The position numbers were made by a program, and so were the translations under genes. Under the pieces are notes generated by a model. It was not told the DNA's origin. It saw only the letters and a list, made by a program, of their open reading frames with translations, and did not search any database. A stretch of 64,000 bases of DNA from Octopus bimaculoides (Eukaryota): assembly GCF_001194135.2 (NCBI RefSeq), contig NC_068986.1, forward strand, positions 40,383,354 through 40,447,353. The letters are read 5' to 3'. How positions within the stretch are numbered: the stretch's first letter is position 1; each line of letters opens with the position of its first letter. Positions 1 through 12,229 of the stretch are shown in pieces.

Positions 1-28
1 TCCAACAAAACCAGGAATTTTAATTAAC
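1..28 (-). CDS. Putative exon of an unidentified minus-strand gene (runs off the window edge)
   Basis: Minus-strand acceptor TTTTATAG ends at 29. The phase-2 reading (R)LIKIPGFVG is in frame with the candidate exon ending at 96, across a 67-bp GT-AG intron (29-95). Confidence 0.35.
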
Positions 29-95
29 CTATAAAATTGAATTGATATGTCATTGCAATCAATAAATACTGACGCACCGATGTGAATGTGCATAC

Positions 96-394
96 CTGAA
101 TTTTGTTTCCTCATAACTTTCAGAAAATAAGTATTTTTCTTTTTTGAAGTTTTCTACAAATACCTTTGCAATGGTATAGATTCCAATCACATCAGAATTT
201 AATGTGAAAAACAGGGAAAGAAATTGATGACCGTGCATGCATATTTTGAAAAAAGTTGTGTGATGTGTGTCTGTATGACTTTGTGTCCACCAATTACTTT
301 TCTTTTTTGTTCTTGCTTTAATTTCTGATGTAATCGGAATGTATATCACCTGAAAGGTATCTGTTGAAAATTTCATAAAAAAATAACCATTTCC
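96..394 (-). CDS. Putative coding exon(s) of an unidentified minus-strand gene
   Basis: Lies inside the 120-aa ORF 59-421. Phase-0 acceptor TTTGTAACTTTCAG before 394; phase-2 donor CAG|GTATGC after 96. Possible internal introns (164-349 or 154-297) keep the frame. Peptide GNGYFFMKFSTDTFQ...ENFKKEKYLFSESYEETKFR was not recognised. Confidence 0.3.
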
Positions 395-665
395 CTGAAA
401 GTTACAAAGGAGCAAAGTCATGAGTGGGGCAGACTTATAAAGTTATACCAAAATACCTTAGTAAGCCTTTAATTTTTATACATATAAAATATCAAAGAAC
501 AAAGACAAACAAATTGAAAGTAATTAAAAACTAAATAATCAACAATGACAAATTGAAATTGTGTTTTTCCTTTATTTAAAGTGTTTCATACATTTTAAAT
601 ATATAGAGAATAACTCTCAGATGATTGTTGAAAACTCTATAAATTCCCAAAATGGACTATATATA

Positions 666-819
666 GGCGTGGCTGTGTGGTAAGAAACTTGCTTCCTGAC
701 AACATAGTTCTGGGTTCAGTCCCACTGTGGGTCATCTTGGGCAGATGTCTTCTACTATAGCCTCAGGTTGACCAAAGCCTTGTGAGTGGATTTGGTAGAT
801 GGAAACTGAAAGAAGCCCT

Positions 820-874
<55 letters not shown>

Positions 875-1088
875 TGTATTTGTGTGTCTGTGTTTGTCTC
901 CCCACCATCGTTTGACAACCGATGCTGGTGTGTTTACATCCCCATAACTTAGCAGTTCTGCAAAAGAGATCGATAGAATAAGTACTAGGCTTACAAAGAA
1001 TAAATCCTGGGGTTGAATTGTTTGACTAAAGGCAATGCTCCAGCATGGCCACAGTCAAATGACTGAAACAATAAAAGAATAAAAGAAT
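666..1088 (+). mobile_element. tRNA-derived SINE, family A (dominant family in the window)
   Basis: Box A TGGCTGTGTGG, box B GGTTCAGTCCC, central (TA)n(CA)n tract and AAAAGAAT-repeat tail. More than 20 homologous copies in the window. Confidence 0.85.
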
Positions 1089-1095
1089 ACATATA

Positions 1096-1956
1096 TTGGG
1101 TCATCACATAAATAATGTGTCTTTTTTTATATTTCTTTTACTTTTCAAAATTTAGATAAACAAAGTTCTTTTTCAATCTAAGATATACTCTCCTTCATTT
1201 TCTACAATGTTCTTCCATATATCTGGCAGACATGCAAGGCTCCTCTTCCAAAATTCACTTGTCCTTGACAAAAAATACTGTTCTGACTTTGTCTACAGAA
1301 TCCATATTTTTTTCATCCAAATGATTTTGAAGACTGAGGAATAAACGATAATCAGATGGGGCAATGTCTGGTGAATATGGTGGGTGGAGCATCGTTTCCC
1401 ATTCAAACTGCTCCAGTCTTTGGAATGTCATCCTTACTGTATGCGGCTGAGCATTATCCTGATAGAACATCTTTCATCTTGAAACCAAAGATGGTCGTTT
1501 TTCTTCTGGTGCTGACTTGAATGACTAGTTGAATGACCAAATCCAAGCTTTTCTGCTAGTTTCTCAACAGTTACAATGGGATTTTGTTCCACCAGGATTT
1601 GCAGGAAGTCCTCGTTGAGCTGTACAGATCTTCCAGGGCAAGGCTCGTCTTCTAGGCTGTAGTTTCCAGCTCAGATTTTCTGGAACTAACACTGGATACT
1701 TTCCATTGCATTGCTGCCTCTATCGAACTCATAAAACAAAATATGCCGAATATATTCATTTGTCACTTCCATTATAGCTTTGAAAAAAATAACTGTTAAA
1801 ATTGGACTGCACTCTTCAAAACTTGCACTAAGAATAAGGACAAGGTAAAATTACTACCTGCTTTTATAGCAGGTTGATGCTGCTAGTTTATCCCATCCCC
1901 CTCCGACTTTTGGTTCATGCAATTGAAAAAGCTGCATTATTTATGAGATAACCCAA
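1096..1956 (-). mobile_element. Internally deleted mariner (DD34D) DNA transposon
   Basis: 22-bp TIRs (TTGGGTCATCACATAAATAATG vs rc TTGGGTTATCTCATAAATAATG) with TA TSDs at 1094-95 and 1957-58. The N-terminus MEVTNEYIRHILFYEF starts at 1772 (-). The catalytic segment QDNAQPH...YSPDIAPSDY has 34 residues between the last two Asp. Confidence 0.95.
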
Positions 1957-1974
1957 TAAATGTATCTATATCTA

Positions 1975-1988
1975 TATCTATCTATCTA

Positions 1989-2055
<67 letters not shown>
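1975..2055. repeat. (TATC)n/(TA)n microsatellite
   Basis: Direct reading of the sequence. Confidence 0.95.
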
Positions 2056-2056
<1 letters not shown>

Positions 2057-2059
<3 letters not shown>

Positions 2060-2850
2060 ACTCCATAAATTCCCAAAATGGAGCCCCAACTATGCAAACC
2101 TGTTCGTTGGCTATGATGAGGCCCAAATATTTCTCAAGTTTCACTGGCCCCACTCCCAGACTATACGGCTGTTGTATTGACGACAGTATCGGTGCGACCT
2201 CACTCTCGTGTGAACATCTGGACTCCTTCCTCTATTTTGTCCAATCTTTCCATCCTCTCTCCCCCTGCACTTGCCCTGCTGTCTCCGTTCCCCCTCACCT
2301 ACCACCCTACCTCTCCAACACACCATTCTCTGAGCCTTCCGGCGACTCCAGTTCGAGCCCTCCCCGGCTTCAAACGAGCCCACAACCTACGAGACCTCTT
2401 GGTCTACAGCTTCTTCCCTGACCCAACCTCCCAACCTGGCTCATTCCCCTGCTCCCGCCCATGCTGCCACACTTGCCCTTACCTCTTCAACGCCACCCTC
2501 CACACAGGCACCCATCATCGACCCAATCATATCACCGACTCCTTCACCTGCACTTCTACTAATGTCATCTACTGAATCTCCTACTCTCTCTGCCCTTCTC
2601 TATGCATCAGGCAAACGGGATGTTGCTTGGTTGACTGGTTCGCGAAACACCTCTGAGACATCTGACTTGGCAATGACACCCCAGTCTCACACCATTTCCG
2701 CTTTACCAGTCACTCTTTGCAACACCTGTCTGTGTTCGGATTGTCCTTGCACAAGGGCCATCCGGACTCCCATCTTCGCTGTGAACAGGAATTAATCTTC
2801 ACTCTTCGCTCCTTTGCGCCACATGGGCTCAACTCTCCTCCCCTCTTCAC
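2057..2850 (+). mobile_element. Penelope-like retroelement fragment (partial RT plus GIY-YIG endonuclease), degenerate
   Basis: Across frameshifts: PNYANLFVGY...PTPRLYGCCIDDSIGATSLSCEHLDSFLYFVQSFHP (RT core, YIDD-like), then FKRAHNLRDLLV...FPCSRPCCHTCPY...FTCTSTNVIY...QTG...KHL...VSHHF...EQELIFTLRSFAPHGLN (GIY-YIG domain and PLE C-terminus). Confidence 0.9.
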
Positions 2851-3479
2851 CTAACCCTCCTCTGCTCTCCTCTCTTCCTCTCACACCTACTTCCTCCCAC
2901 CCACCTCTCCTCTCTTGCTCTGCCTCCTACTTCTTCTCTTCACTCCTACTCTCCTTCTCTTCTTTTCACTCCTACCCACCTTCTCCCTTCCCCCTCTCCC
3001 TTCATTGTCACTTCTCCCTTTTAACTCCACCCCTACACAATCCAACCAACCTTCCCTATCCATCCCACTCACACCCCATCCCTTCCCACTCCCACATATC
3101 CCACCTCTACCCCACCCTCNNNNNNNNNNNNNNNNNNNNNNNNNNNNNNNNNNNNNNNNNNNNNNNNNNNNNNNNNNNNNNNNNNNNNNNNNNNNNNNNN
3201 NNNNNNNNNNNNNNNNNNNNNNNNNNNNNNNNNNNNNNNNNNNNNNNNNNNNNNNNNNNNNNNNNNNNNNNNNNNNNNNNNNNNNNNNNNNNNNNNNNNN
3301 NNNNNNNNNNNNNCACATCACACCACATCATGCACAACCACACCAAACACCACCATATTACACAACACCACATCACATCACCACGCACACACTAGCACTG
3401 ACCACTTCCCAGCCCCATACACCTAAACATACACACGCGCACACGTCAAGGTCACCAGCCCTGTTCCACACGCACATAC

Positions 3480-3780
3480 ATGCTCTCTTATATGCACACA
3501 TGCGCACCTTCATTTTGGGATCACCGTTACTTTATTATCTCTCCTTCTTCCTAGCCCTCCTGTGTGGCCTCTCTGTCTGGCATTCGCCATGATAGATTGT
3601 TAACCACTACACATTCTTTATTTTCTCTCCTTGTTTCTTTCTGTGTTCCTTTCTGTGGAAGAGCGTAGGCTTGAAGCGTTAAAGACTTTTTCACTTCCTG
3701 AATGTTAAAATAATACATCTGTTCGTTGTCTACACCACCTGTCTTTGTCTTTTGTTTTTTTGTGAATTCTCCCCCATATA
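3480..3780 (+). mobile_element. PLE terminal repeat (pLTR-like) with a degenerate hammerhead motif
   Basis: Homologous to 20507-20662 (GAAGAGCGTAG(G)CT...AAAGACTTT...TACACCACCTGTC...TTCTCCC) and ends in (TA)n. Confidence 0.65.
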
Positions 3781-4721
3781 TATATATATATATAATATAT
3801 ATACACACACATGCATATATATACATGCATATATATGAAAACTCCATAAATTTCCAAAATGGAGTATATATGTGTGTGTGTGTGTATATTTATATATATA
3901 TATATATATATATACATACACTCTCTCTTTCCTTTCCTGAGCGTCCAATAATACTATCCATATCACGTCCTCACTTTGTTGTTTTTTTGTTATTGTTTTT
4001 TTGTTATTGTTTTTTTGAACCTATATATATATATATATATAATTATATATAGGCATTGCCGTGCATAAGAAGTTTGCTTCTCAACCACATGGTATTTATT
4101 TGAATTATATAGATATGTGACTCAAAGAAATCCAAGTTATAATTTATCAAACCAGATGCTGTGAGCATCTATCTAATCTCTCTTTTATCAGTTGAAAAAA
4201 AAACAAAAAAACCACTAAAACATTCTTCTTCACCTGTGTCGAAATGGGGATGAAGGTGATGATGATGGTGTTGAGGAGAACTTTCATCACCAGAAGGTTT
4301 GGCGTCACAAAGATTACCCATCTGTTAAAAACTTTGTAATAGCAAAACTGGAAGCAGTTTATGTAAGGCCCAAAAATGGAACATAAACAAATAAATTCTT
4401 CTCCTAAAAGTGATCTCTACTTAGGGACCCTTTTTGTAGTCACTTAACCTACTTTGATGGTAGCCTGACTCGATCTGCTTCAGATCATGCCTTACTGCAT
4501 CTTAAGATATGTTTGATAGATAATATAGTCCTAAATTCCCATCTGAGTTCCTTTTACAGGAATTAGAAAAACTGAAGGACCACTGCAATAAGTGTGTGGA
4601 TCCGAGAGGAGAATATGTTGAATAAAATCATAATTAACTGATCCTCCTGTATTTTCTTTTACTCAAAGCCAGGAACTTTTTGGCATCCCCTCATCATTTG
4701 GTTTGCTTTTATAGCATGCTA

Positions 4722-4939
4722 GGAAGTAGGTGCTGAAAAGTTCCTGGCTTTAAGGGTTTTGTGAAAGACCTGGTTGAAAGCCCAACCTTCTGAGTTCTTT
4801 TACGGGGCTTAGAGAAGTTAAAGGACCACTGCAATAAGTGTATGAATCTAAGAGGGGAATATGCTCTATAAAATCATAATTAACTGATCCTTCTGTATTT
4901 TCTTTTATCAAAAGCCAGGAACTTTTCAGCACCCCCTTG
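4722..4939 (+). mobile_element. Mariner-derived MITE (about 215 bp); a truncated copy lies at 4550-4692
   Basis: TIR GGTGCTGAAAAGTTCCTGGCTTT at both ends. Retains transposase C-terminal codons (GLEKLKDHCNKCMNLRGEY). Confidence 0.85.
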
Positions 4940-5080
4940 TATGGTTCTTAAAAAAGATGGCATGCTCACAGCTGGAATGCCTTTGGTCATAAATCTGATC
5001 AGTAAGAGCTGACCTGAGGTTAAACAACGACCACAGGTCAACTGAGGCTCGTTCTTGTTTACTCTCCCCTCCCCCCGTTA

Positions 5081-5172
5081 TCTCTTACTTGTTTCAGTCA
5101 TTGGACACCAGCCATGCTGGAGTACCACTTTGAAGGGTTTTTAGTCAAACAATTTGACCCCAGTATTTTTGT

Positions 5173-5223
<51 letters not shown>

Positions 5224-5548
5224 GCCTGCTATTTAATCTGTCAGTCTCTTTTGCCAAGCCACTAAGTTATGAGGAGGCAGACAGGGCACACCTGTAGTAA
5301 AGTGGTGTGCAAGGATGCACACACACACACACACACACATGCACACACACACACACGCACATGCACACGCACATGCACACACACAGAGGATATACTTCTT
5401 TCAGTTTCCATCTGCCAAATTTACTCACAAGGCTTTGGTCAACTCTGGAGCTATAGTAGAAGGCACTTACCTGAGTTGTAATGCAGTGGGACTGAACCAA
5501 GAACCATGTAGTTCAGAAATAAACATCTTACTACACAGCCACGCCTGC
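5081..5548 (-). mobile_element. SINE family A
   Basis: Reverse-complement homologue of 666-1088 with an expanded (CA)n centre. Confidence 0.85.
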
Positions 5549-5712
5549 ACCTTTGTTTATTATTTTTATTTACTTATTTTATGTATTTATCTATGGTCTC
5601 TAAAAAATTCTGACTTTATATTTATCGTTGACTCATGGGAAATAAAATAAAGTTTGATTAGGATGAAAGTGTATCACTAGAGTTTACTGGCTTTGCTTTT
5701 TCTTTTCCATTA

Positions 5713-5745
<33 letters not shown>

Positions 5746-7556
5746 CACTGTCTGTCTGTCTGGCTATCTATCTATCTTTCTATCTATCTATCTATCTATC
5801 ATCTGATAAGGTTTAGATTTATATATATATTTGTAATTATAAAATCATCTGGTTCAATAAATTATAGAATAACAGTGACCTTTTAAAACTATAACTATTT
5901 TCTTTTACTAATTGCTATTTTAAAGGGTTAAAACAAAGACATTTTTCAACAAAAAGAATTACACAAACTCAAAATAATACAGGAGCTATGTTCTCTAAAG
6001 TAAAAGCAATTATGTTGCTTGATATTTTGAAATGTTATTCTGGATTTTTTTTTTTTTCTTTTGTTATTTTGTCTTTCCGGAATTATCATTTTATTCTATT
6101 TTTTATGTTTTTTTTTTCCCTCTGCTAAGAAAGAAAATTAAGTTAAAACTATAGTTTCATTTTTTAAAAAATTTTTGTTAAAGTTATGTATGCAAGATCT
6201 CCCTCCTGACAAGAAACTTCGCTAATACTGTTCTGTAAAATAATTTTCAGTTTTCAAATTCTCTCTGAAGAGTTTTCAACCTGTAATTGGGTGTAAGACA
6301 CCAGGTGTTCCATTGTTGACTTAACCTTGATTGAATAAATACTTGTTCTTTTTTTCCTTTTTATATATATATATATATTTTTTTTTTGTTGCATTTCTTT
6401 CCTCACCCCCACCCCATCCACAATACAACCTCCTCAAGCTACATGAAAGTAGTACTTCATATCAAAGCATGGCAACAATTTCAGTTGGAATAAACCTCAT
6501 CATTAAGTGGAAATAATTTATTCGGAAATCAAGTCACGGTGATATAGAGAGCAACACAAAGCAGTTCCTGCTCTTTTTTTGTTTTTATTATATTTTTTTG
6601 TTTTGTTCTCTTTCTTTGTTATATTTTTTTGGTTTGAATGAATCAATATGCTGTTTCCAACAATATATTTCCTGGCCAGACACCAACTATAGCAGTTATT
6701 TCTAAACAGAGAGTGGCAAAAGATTCTAGATATGAACCCATTAGGTTTCACAAACTTCAATCTTTTATCAAATGGCTGTTTATTTTGGAATTTGTTGTAT
6801 AGGGGAATCTTGGAGAGTTTTTTGTTTTTAAATGAATTGTGTCAGATCTAATCAGTAAACATCTCACGTCATGTTTTCCTTGTCTTGTCCGGATTACACA
6901 TTTTTTTTCTTTTGTTTTCTAGTTAGCTGTTTAACGAAAATAAAGTCTCAATGGAAAGTAATGGATCTTCCCTAGAGAAGAAGTGGGGAAAAGAAGGAGT
7001 GGAATAAACGTGTGGAAATTGGTGCAATTCATTTTGTGTTTAAAAGTGATTGAGATTAGTAATTGCTCGAAACACATTGCTGGGTAGTGAGGGGTTAAAA
7101 AAAGTAACAATGAAATTCTGGTGAGAATAATTCACATCTATTGATTGGTGTGAGTTTCTAGAGAAGGTGCAGGTGGGGCTGTTGCTGCTGATCCACATGG
7201 TTCAAAGTTCATTCCCACTGTGTGGCACCTTGGACTAGTGTCTTCTATTAATAACCTTGGGCTGACTAAAGAGTGGATTTTGTAGATGGAAACTGAAAGA
7301 AACCCGTCATTTGTATGTTCATTCATTCGTTCATTTTTTAAATTTAGAGTAAATTTTGACTGACCAAGATTGTAAAGGAAAGTATCTTGTCTTAACCATC
7401 GTCCTTTAAGTCTTGTGAAAGTTTTCTAGATTTATATAATCCCAAATATTATAATCATTTTGTAGTATATGAATTAAGGATTTGCATTCACTCTGCAAGA
7501 ACCTAACTTCAGCCATACTTTGCTCCAGACAAGTTGGTATGTATGCAGTTGCTCTG

Positions 7557-7592
<36 letters not shown>

Positions 7593-7689
7593 ATGATGCT
7601 GAAAATGTATCTTGGGTACTGGATTTGCAAACTCCTTATTAACAGTATGTGTGTATGTATGTGTGTGTGTGTGTGTATGTGTGTGTGTG

Positions 7690-7925
7690 TGTATGTGTGT
7701 TCTTGTCTTTTCATTACATGATAGTTGTAAACGAGTGTGACTGTCATACAAGCAGTGTCCTTCATTTCCAATGTTCTGCAAGAACATGTTTGGCCATGGT
7801 GAAATATTACTTCGCTTGGAAATGAGGGTTAGCAACAGGACGAGCATCCAGCTGTAGAAAATCTGCCTTAAATATTATGTCTTCTGACTCATGCTAGCAC
7901 AGAAAAGTAGACATTATGACGATGA
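7690..7925 (+). mobile_element. SINE-like family E (GAT/ATC-repeat tail)
   Basis: Shared body ...GGGCATCCAGCTGTAGAAA...CATGCTAGCA...GACATTA(A)TGATGA. Other copies near 8850-8995 (-), 9005-9265, 23335-23570, 30990-31145, 33555-33800, 53100-53330 (-), 56555-56845 and 57330-57495. Confidence 0.7.
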
Positions 7926-9892
7926 GTGGTGAGAATTAGGGTAACAAAGCATGTGATATAAATATTTTGTAGTGAAAGTTCAGACTACCCAGTGTTGTTG
8001 TAGTAACAGCGGAATAAATATGGAGTATATATGTATATTTTGCTTAGGCATTGTGAGATAGTAATAACATGGCACAGAACTCAATATACATATACTTCTG
8101 GACAAAGCATTAGTAGAGTACAGAGCAATAATAAGAAAAAAAGGTGACAAAAGAATAAATGATTATCTAATGACTTTCATTAGCTTACAGTTGTTTCCAC
8201 TATAGGATGTAGTGGGCTCATAGTTGAGTGCATGAGTAACACCTTATAGTTTCATTAATCTATAGGGGAGCTTTTACATAGTTGCTTGTACCATGTTAAA
8301 ATGGTATTTAATGAACATGAAATATGGAATCAATTCTCAACACAACAGAAACTACATGTTTCAGTGTGACAGTTTACTAGAGCAATGGTGCTCAAACTGA
8401 GAAGTATCAAGTCTCCAGATCACCAAATCAACATCTTCCTCATCATTGTCATCATTATGTTATTGCTCATTTTTCTATTGATTTGCATGAGTCAGATAGA
8501 ATTTGTTGAAGCAAATTTTCTACTGTCAGAGGCCTCCATGTTGTTAACCTGCACCTGTTTTTAGGCAAACTATTTTTCCTTATGCCTGGACATCATTATC
8601 ATCATCATTTAACGTCCACTCACCATGCTGGCATGGATTAGACAGTTTGACAGGAGCTTACTCTCCGCTCTCCTGTGAGAACCACTGCATTAGACAATTA
8701 TTGTATCACAGTAACAACATTGCTAGTAATTTCATTGCAAGCCTATATCATTGTTGGTAAATTTGTCCTGCTTTTCATTCACTGAATAATACACTGATAA
8801 AATTTTTTTGAAGTTTCACTGAATAAATACATCATCATTATCATAAACAATATCATCATCGTCATCATTTAATGTCTATTTTCCATGCTTGCATGGGTCA
8901 GACGAAATCTTTTGAGGAAATATTCTATGGCTGGATGCCTATCCTGTCACCAACCTTCACATGTTTCCTAGCAAGAATTATTTCCCATGATCAAATGTGT
9001 GTGTGTGTGTGTGTGTTACTGTCTCCTTGCCTTGACATTGTGTGATAGCTGTAAATGAGTGTTATCTTCTTAGCAAGCTGTGTCTTTTGTTTCCAATATT
9101 CTGTGAAAACATATCTAGTCATGGGAAAATATTGCCTTGCTTGGAAACAGTTAAAGGTTGGTGGTAGGAAGAACATCCATCTGTAGAAAATTCGCATCAG
9201 CAAATTTCATCCAACTGAATGCGAACATGAAAGAGTGGACATTAAAATGGTGAAGATGATGATGAAGAAATATATGGACGTGTATGTATGTATGTGTGTG
9301 TGTGTGCATGTGTGTGTGTGCATGTGTGTGCGTGCATGTGTGTGAATGCTTGCATGCAGCAAGGGGTTTTGTTTTTCGTTTACTGCCGATATTGACTTAC
9401 TTCAACCTAAAATGGTACAAATGCTGAAAGCTGGCCATTGCCCAGAAAAGTTTTATTTGAAAACAAAAAGTTCTATGATGGAATCTTCAAAAAACACCAG
9501 ATGTAACCTATCTCACTGCACCCCCACTCACCCAGCCAATGCCATGTTAAGTCCTCATGACTGTATTAGTTTGGCTGTCATTATTATTATCATTATTATT
9601 ATTATTCTTAGTGGGTTGAGTTATTAATGGTTGACTAAATTCGTAAATGTTGAGACATCACTCCTGGAGTATCACTTTTACCAAAAGTGAAATTCCTTGT
9701 AAATTGATAACTTTCAACTTTAGTAAACAATTAGTTATTTTTCTTTATCTTCTCTTGCTTTTTAGATTCTCTTTGTCTTAATGTTGTCTGTGAGAATAGT
9801 TTGTAGGTTAACTATGAATTCCTTTCTTTCTTGAAAAGGCATCTAGTCAATCTCAGAAACAGTTAAACTGAAGTAGTTTATATAGCTGGTAA

Positions 9893-9925
<33 letters not shown>

Positions 9926-10099
9926 NNNNNNNNNNNNNNNNNNNNNNNNNNNNNNNNNNNNNNNNNNNNNNNNNNNNNNNNNNNNNNNNNNNNNNNNNNN
10001 NNNNNNNNNNNNNNNNNNNNNNNNNNNNNNNNNNNNNNNNNNNNNNNNNNNNNNNNNNNNNNNNNNNNNNNNNNNNNNNNNAGTTTAACTGTTTCTGAG

Positions 10100-10139
<40 letters not shown>

Positions 10140-10164
10140 ATAAATATAAAGAGAATGTGCTGTA

Positions 10165-10200
<36 letters not shown>

Positions 10201-10629
10201 GTTACAGCACATTCTCTTTAGAGTATACAGCTTGTCTTTGTTTAGAATGCCACTCTCTCTTTTTGATTTGCGAGAGCTGTGACATATGTTCTTATTTCAC
10301 TCTTTAGATTAAGGTTTTACTTCTCACTAGTTTTGATGCTTTTATGAGCTTTCATTGTTGCAATTACTTCTGAAAACCTATTTTTCATCCCAGAGATGAG
10401 TTGACAAATTAGATTTTTTGGAGGTATAGCAAATCTATCCTTCGACTCTCCTCTCCACACAGTTCTTGGATGGTATTTTTTATTTCATTTACTTTGAAAG
10501 GATGAAAGGCAAAGTTGACTTTGGTGTGATATGAACCTTGAATGTAAAGATCTGCAATGAATACCACAAGCTATTTTGTCAGATGCTCTAATGATTCTAC
10601 CAATCAACCACCCTAACAATGATAATAAT

Positions 10630-10995
10630 AATAAGGATGGTTTCAAGTTTTGCCACAAGGCCAGCAGTTTCAAGGGATGGAATGTTCATCTGGTACTTAT
10701 TTTATTGACCCCAAAAGGATGAAAGACAAAGTTGGACTTCAGCAGAATTTGTACTCAGAAAGTAAAGATGGATGAAATGCCACTAGGCATTTTGCCTGGC
10801 ATGCTAAAGAATCTGCCAGCTCACCACCTTACCAATAATAATAATAATAATGGTAATCTTTTCTACTATAGGCATAAGGCCTGAATTAAAGGTAAAGTTG
10901 ACCTCGGTGGAATTTGAACTCAGAACATAAGGATGGCTGAAATGCTGCTAAGTATTTTGCCTGGCATGCTAACAGATTCAGCCAGCTCACCACCT
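10630..10995 (-). mobile_element. Two tandem copies of SINE family B
   Basis: Head GGTGAGCTGGCAGA.., body GAGTTCAAAT...TTTCATCCT...GTACCAG and (AAT)n-type ends. Further copies at 11635-11860, 16630-16845, 19490-19705 and 37145-37365. Confidence 0.75.
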
Positions 10996-12229
10996 TAATA
11001 ATGATAATGATTATGATAATTTGGCTCAAGGCTTGAAATTTTAGCAGGAATTAGCTGAAATCAACAACTCTGGTATTTATAATAACTTTTAGCTTCTTGT
11101 AATAAATTTTAACTAGCTATAACCATTGTTTAGATAACTCTCATTGGCTATAGTACCACATCAGTGTGATATAAACAGAGAAGATTATCTGAGGCTAAGC
11201 CAATATTAATAATAATGGTTTTAAACGATAGCAATTATAAGAATAGCAGTAGTAATGATAATAATGAAGATAATTAACCACAAAATGACTGTGATTTTTC
11301 ACATTATTGCAATATCACAAATTTATAAGAAGTTGGTTATAGTATATTGAATTGATCACAGTACTTGACAAGGACTTATTTTTAGGGGTGGGATGTAACA
11401 AACTTACTGTAATGAACTATAACAAATTTTTAATCACTAAATATTACACTTATAATGAAAAGAAAAAAATCATTAATGCTAATGAAAATTCTTGTCAAAA
11501 AACACAAAGTGACAATTCTGAACTCCAGAATGATTAAAAAGTGAATGGTGATATGCTATGGGTTATGGGTCATGACTTTGGACAGATAGCACTGGTTGAA
11601 TTGGAATTTTGACTGTAGGGTGAGGGAACTAAATATTGGTTTCAAATTTTGGCACAAGGCCAGCAGTTTCAGGGGTGGAGATAAGTCAGTTACATTGATC
11701 GCAGTGTTCAGTTCAACCGATACTTATTTTATCAATCCCAAAAAGATGATAGGCAAAATTGACCCTGGTGGTATTTGGACTCAGAATGTGAAGACGGATG
11801 ATATGCCGCTAAGCATCTTGCCCAGTGCATTAGTGATTCTGCCAGCTTGCTGCCTTGAGGCAACTAAGTATGGAAAAGCATTTAGTTTAGTGAACTACCA
11901 TTTCTATGTTCAATAATAATTATTATTTCTAACATAATTACAGGGCCACTCAGTTTGAAGAAAGAATTAGTCAATTAAAATTACACTTTTGTAGTTGACT
12001 GGTATTTATCAGCCTAGTTGGGATTTGAGCTCAGAATCTAAGTAGTCATAAAGCATTTCGTTGACTTTTCTACTGACTCTACTATCCACTGCCCTGCAGT
12101 AATAATAATAGAAGCAAGTGAAATTATAGTTTGCAGCAAAATTCAATATCATTATGGTAAAATCAGAAATTTGAGGAAACTGATGGCTCGTGTCATCAAC
12201 AATTACTCTATAGGATAAGAATAACGAAG

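Noticed and set aside
8185-8260. Hammerhead-like relic on the minus strand (TTAATGA...GAAACAACTGTA)
   Set aside because: G5 and C3 are mutated and stem I does not pair. At best a dead PLE-end relic.
9400-9420. 6-nt microexon candidate on the minus strand (TTTTAG|GTTGAA|GTAAGT); similar short candidates at 23010-23045 and 60605-60621 (+)
   Set aside because: Splice-like motifs alone are frequent in AT-rich DNA and there is no independent support.
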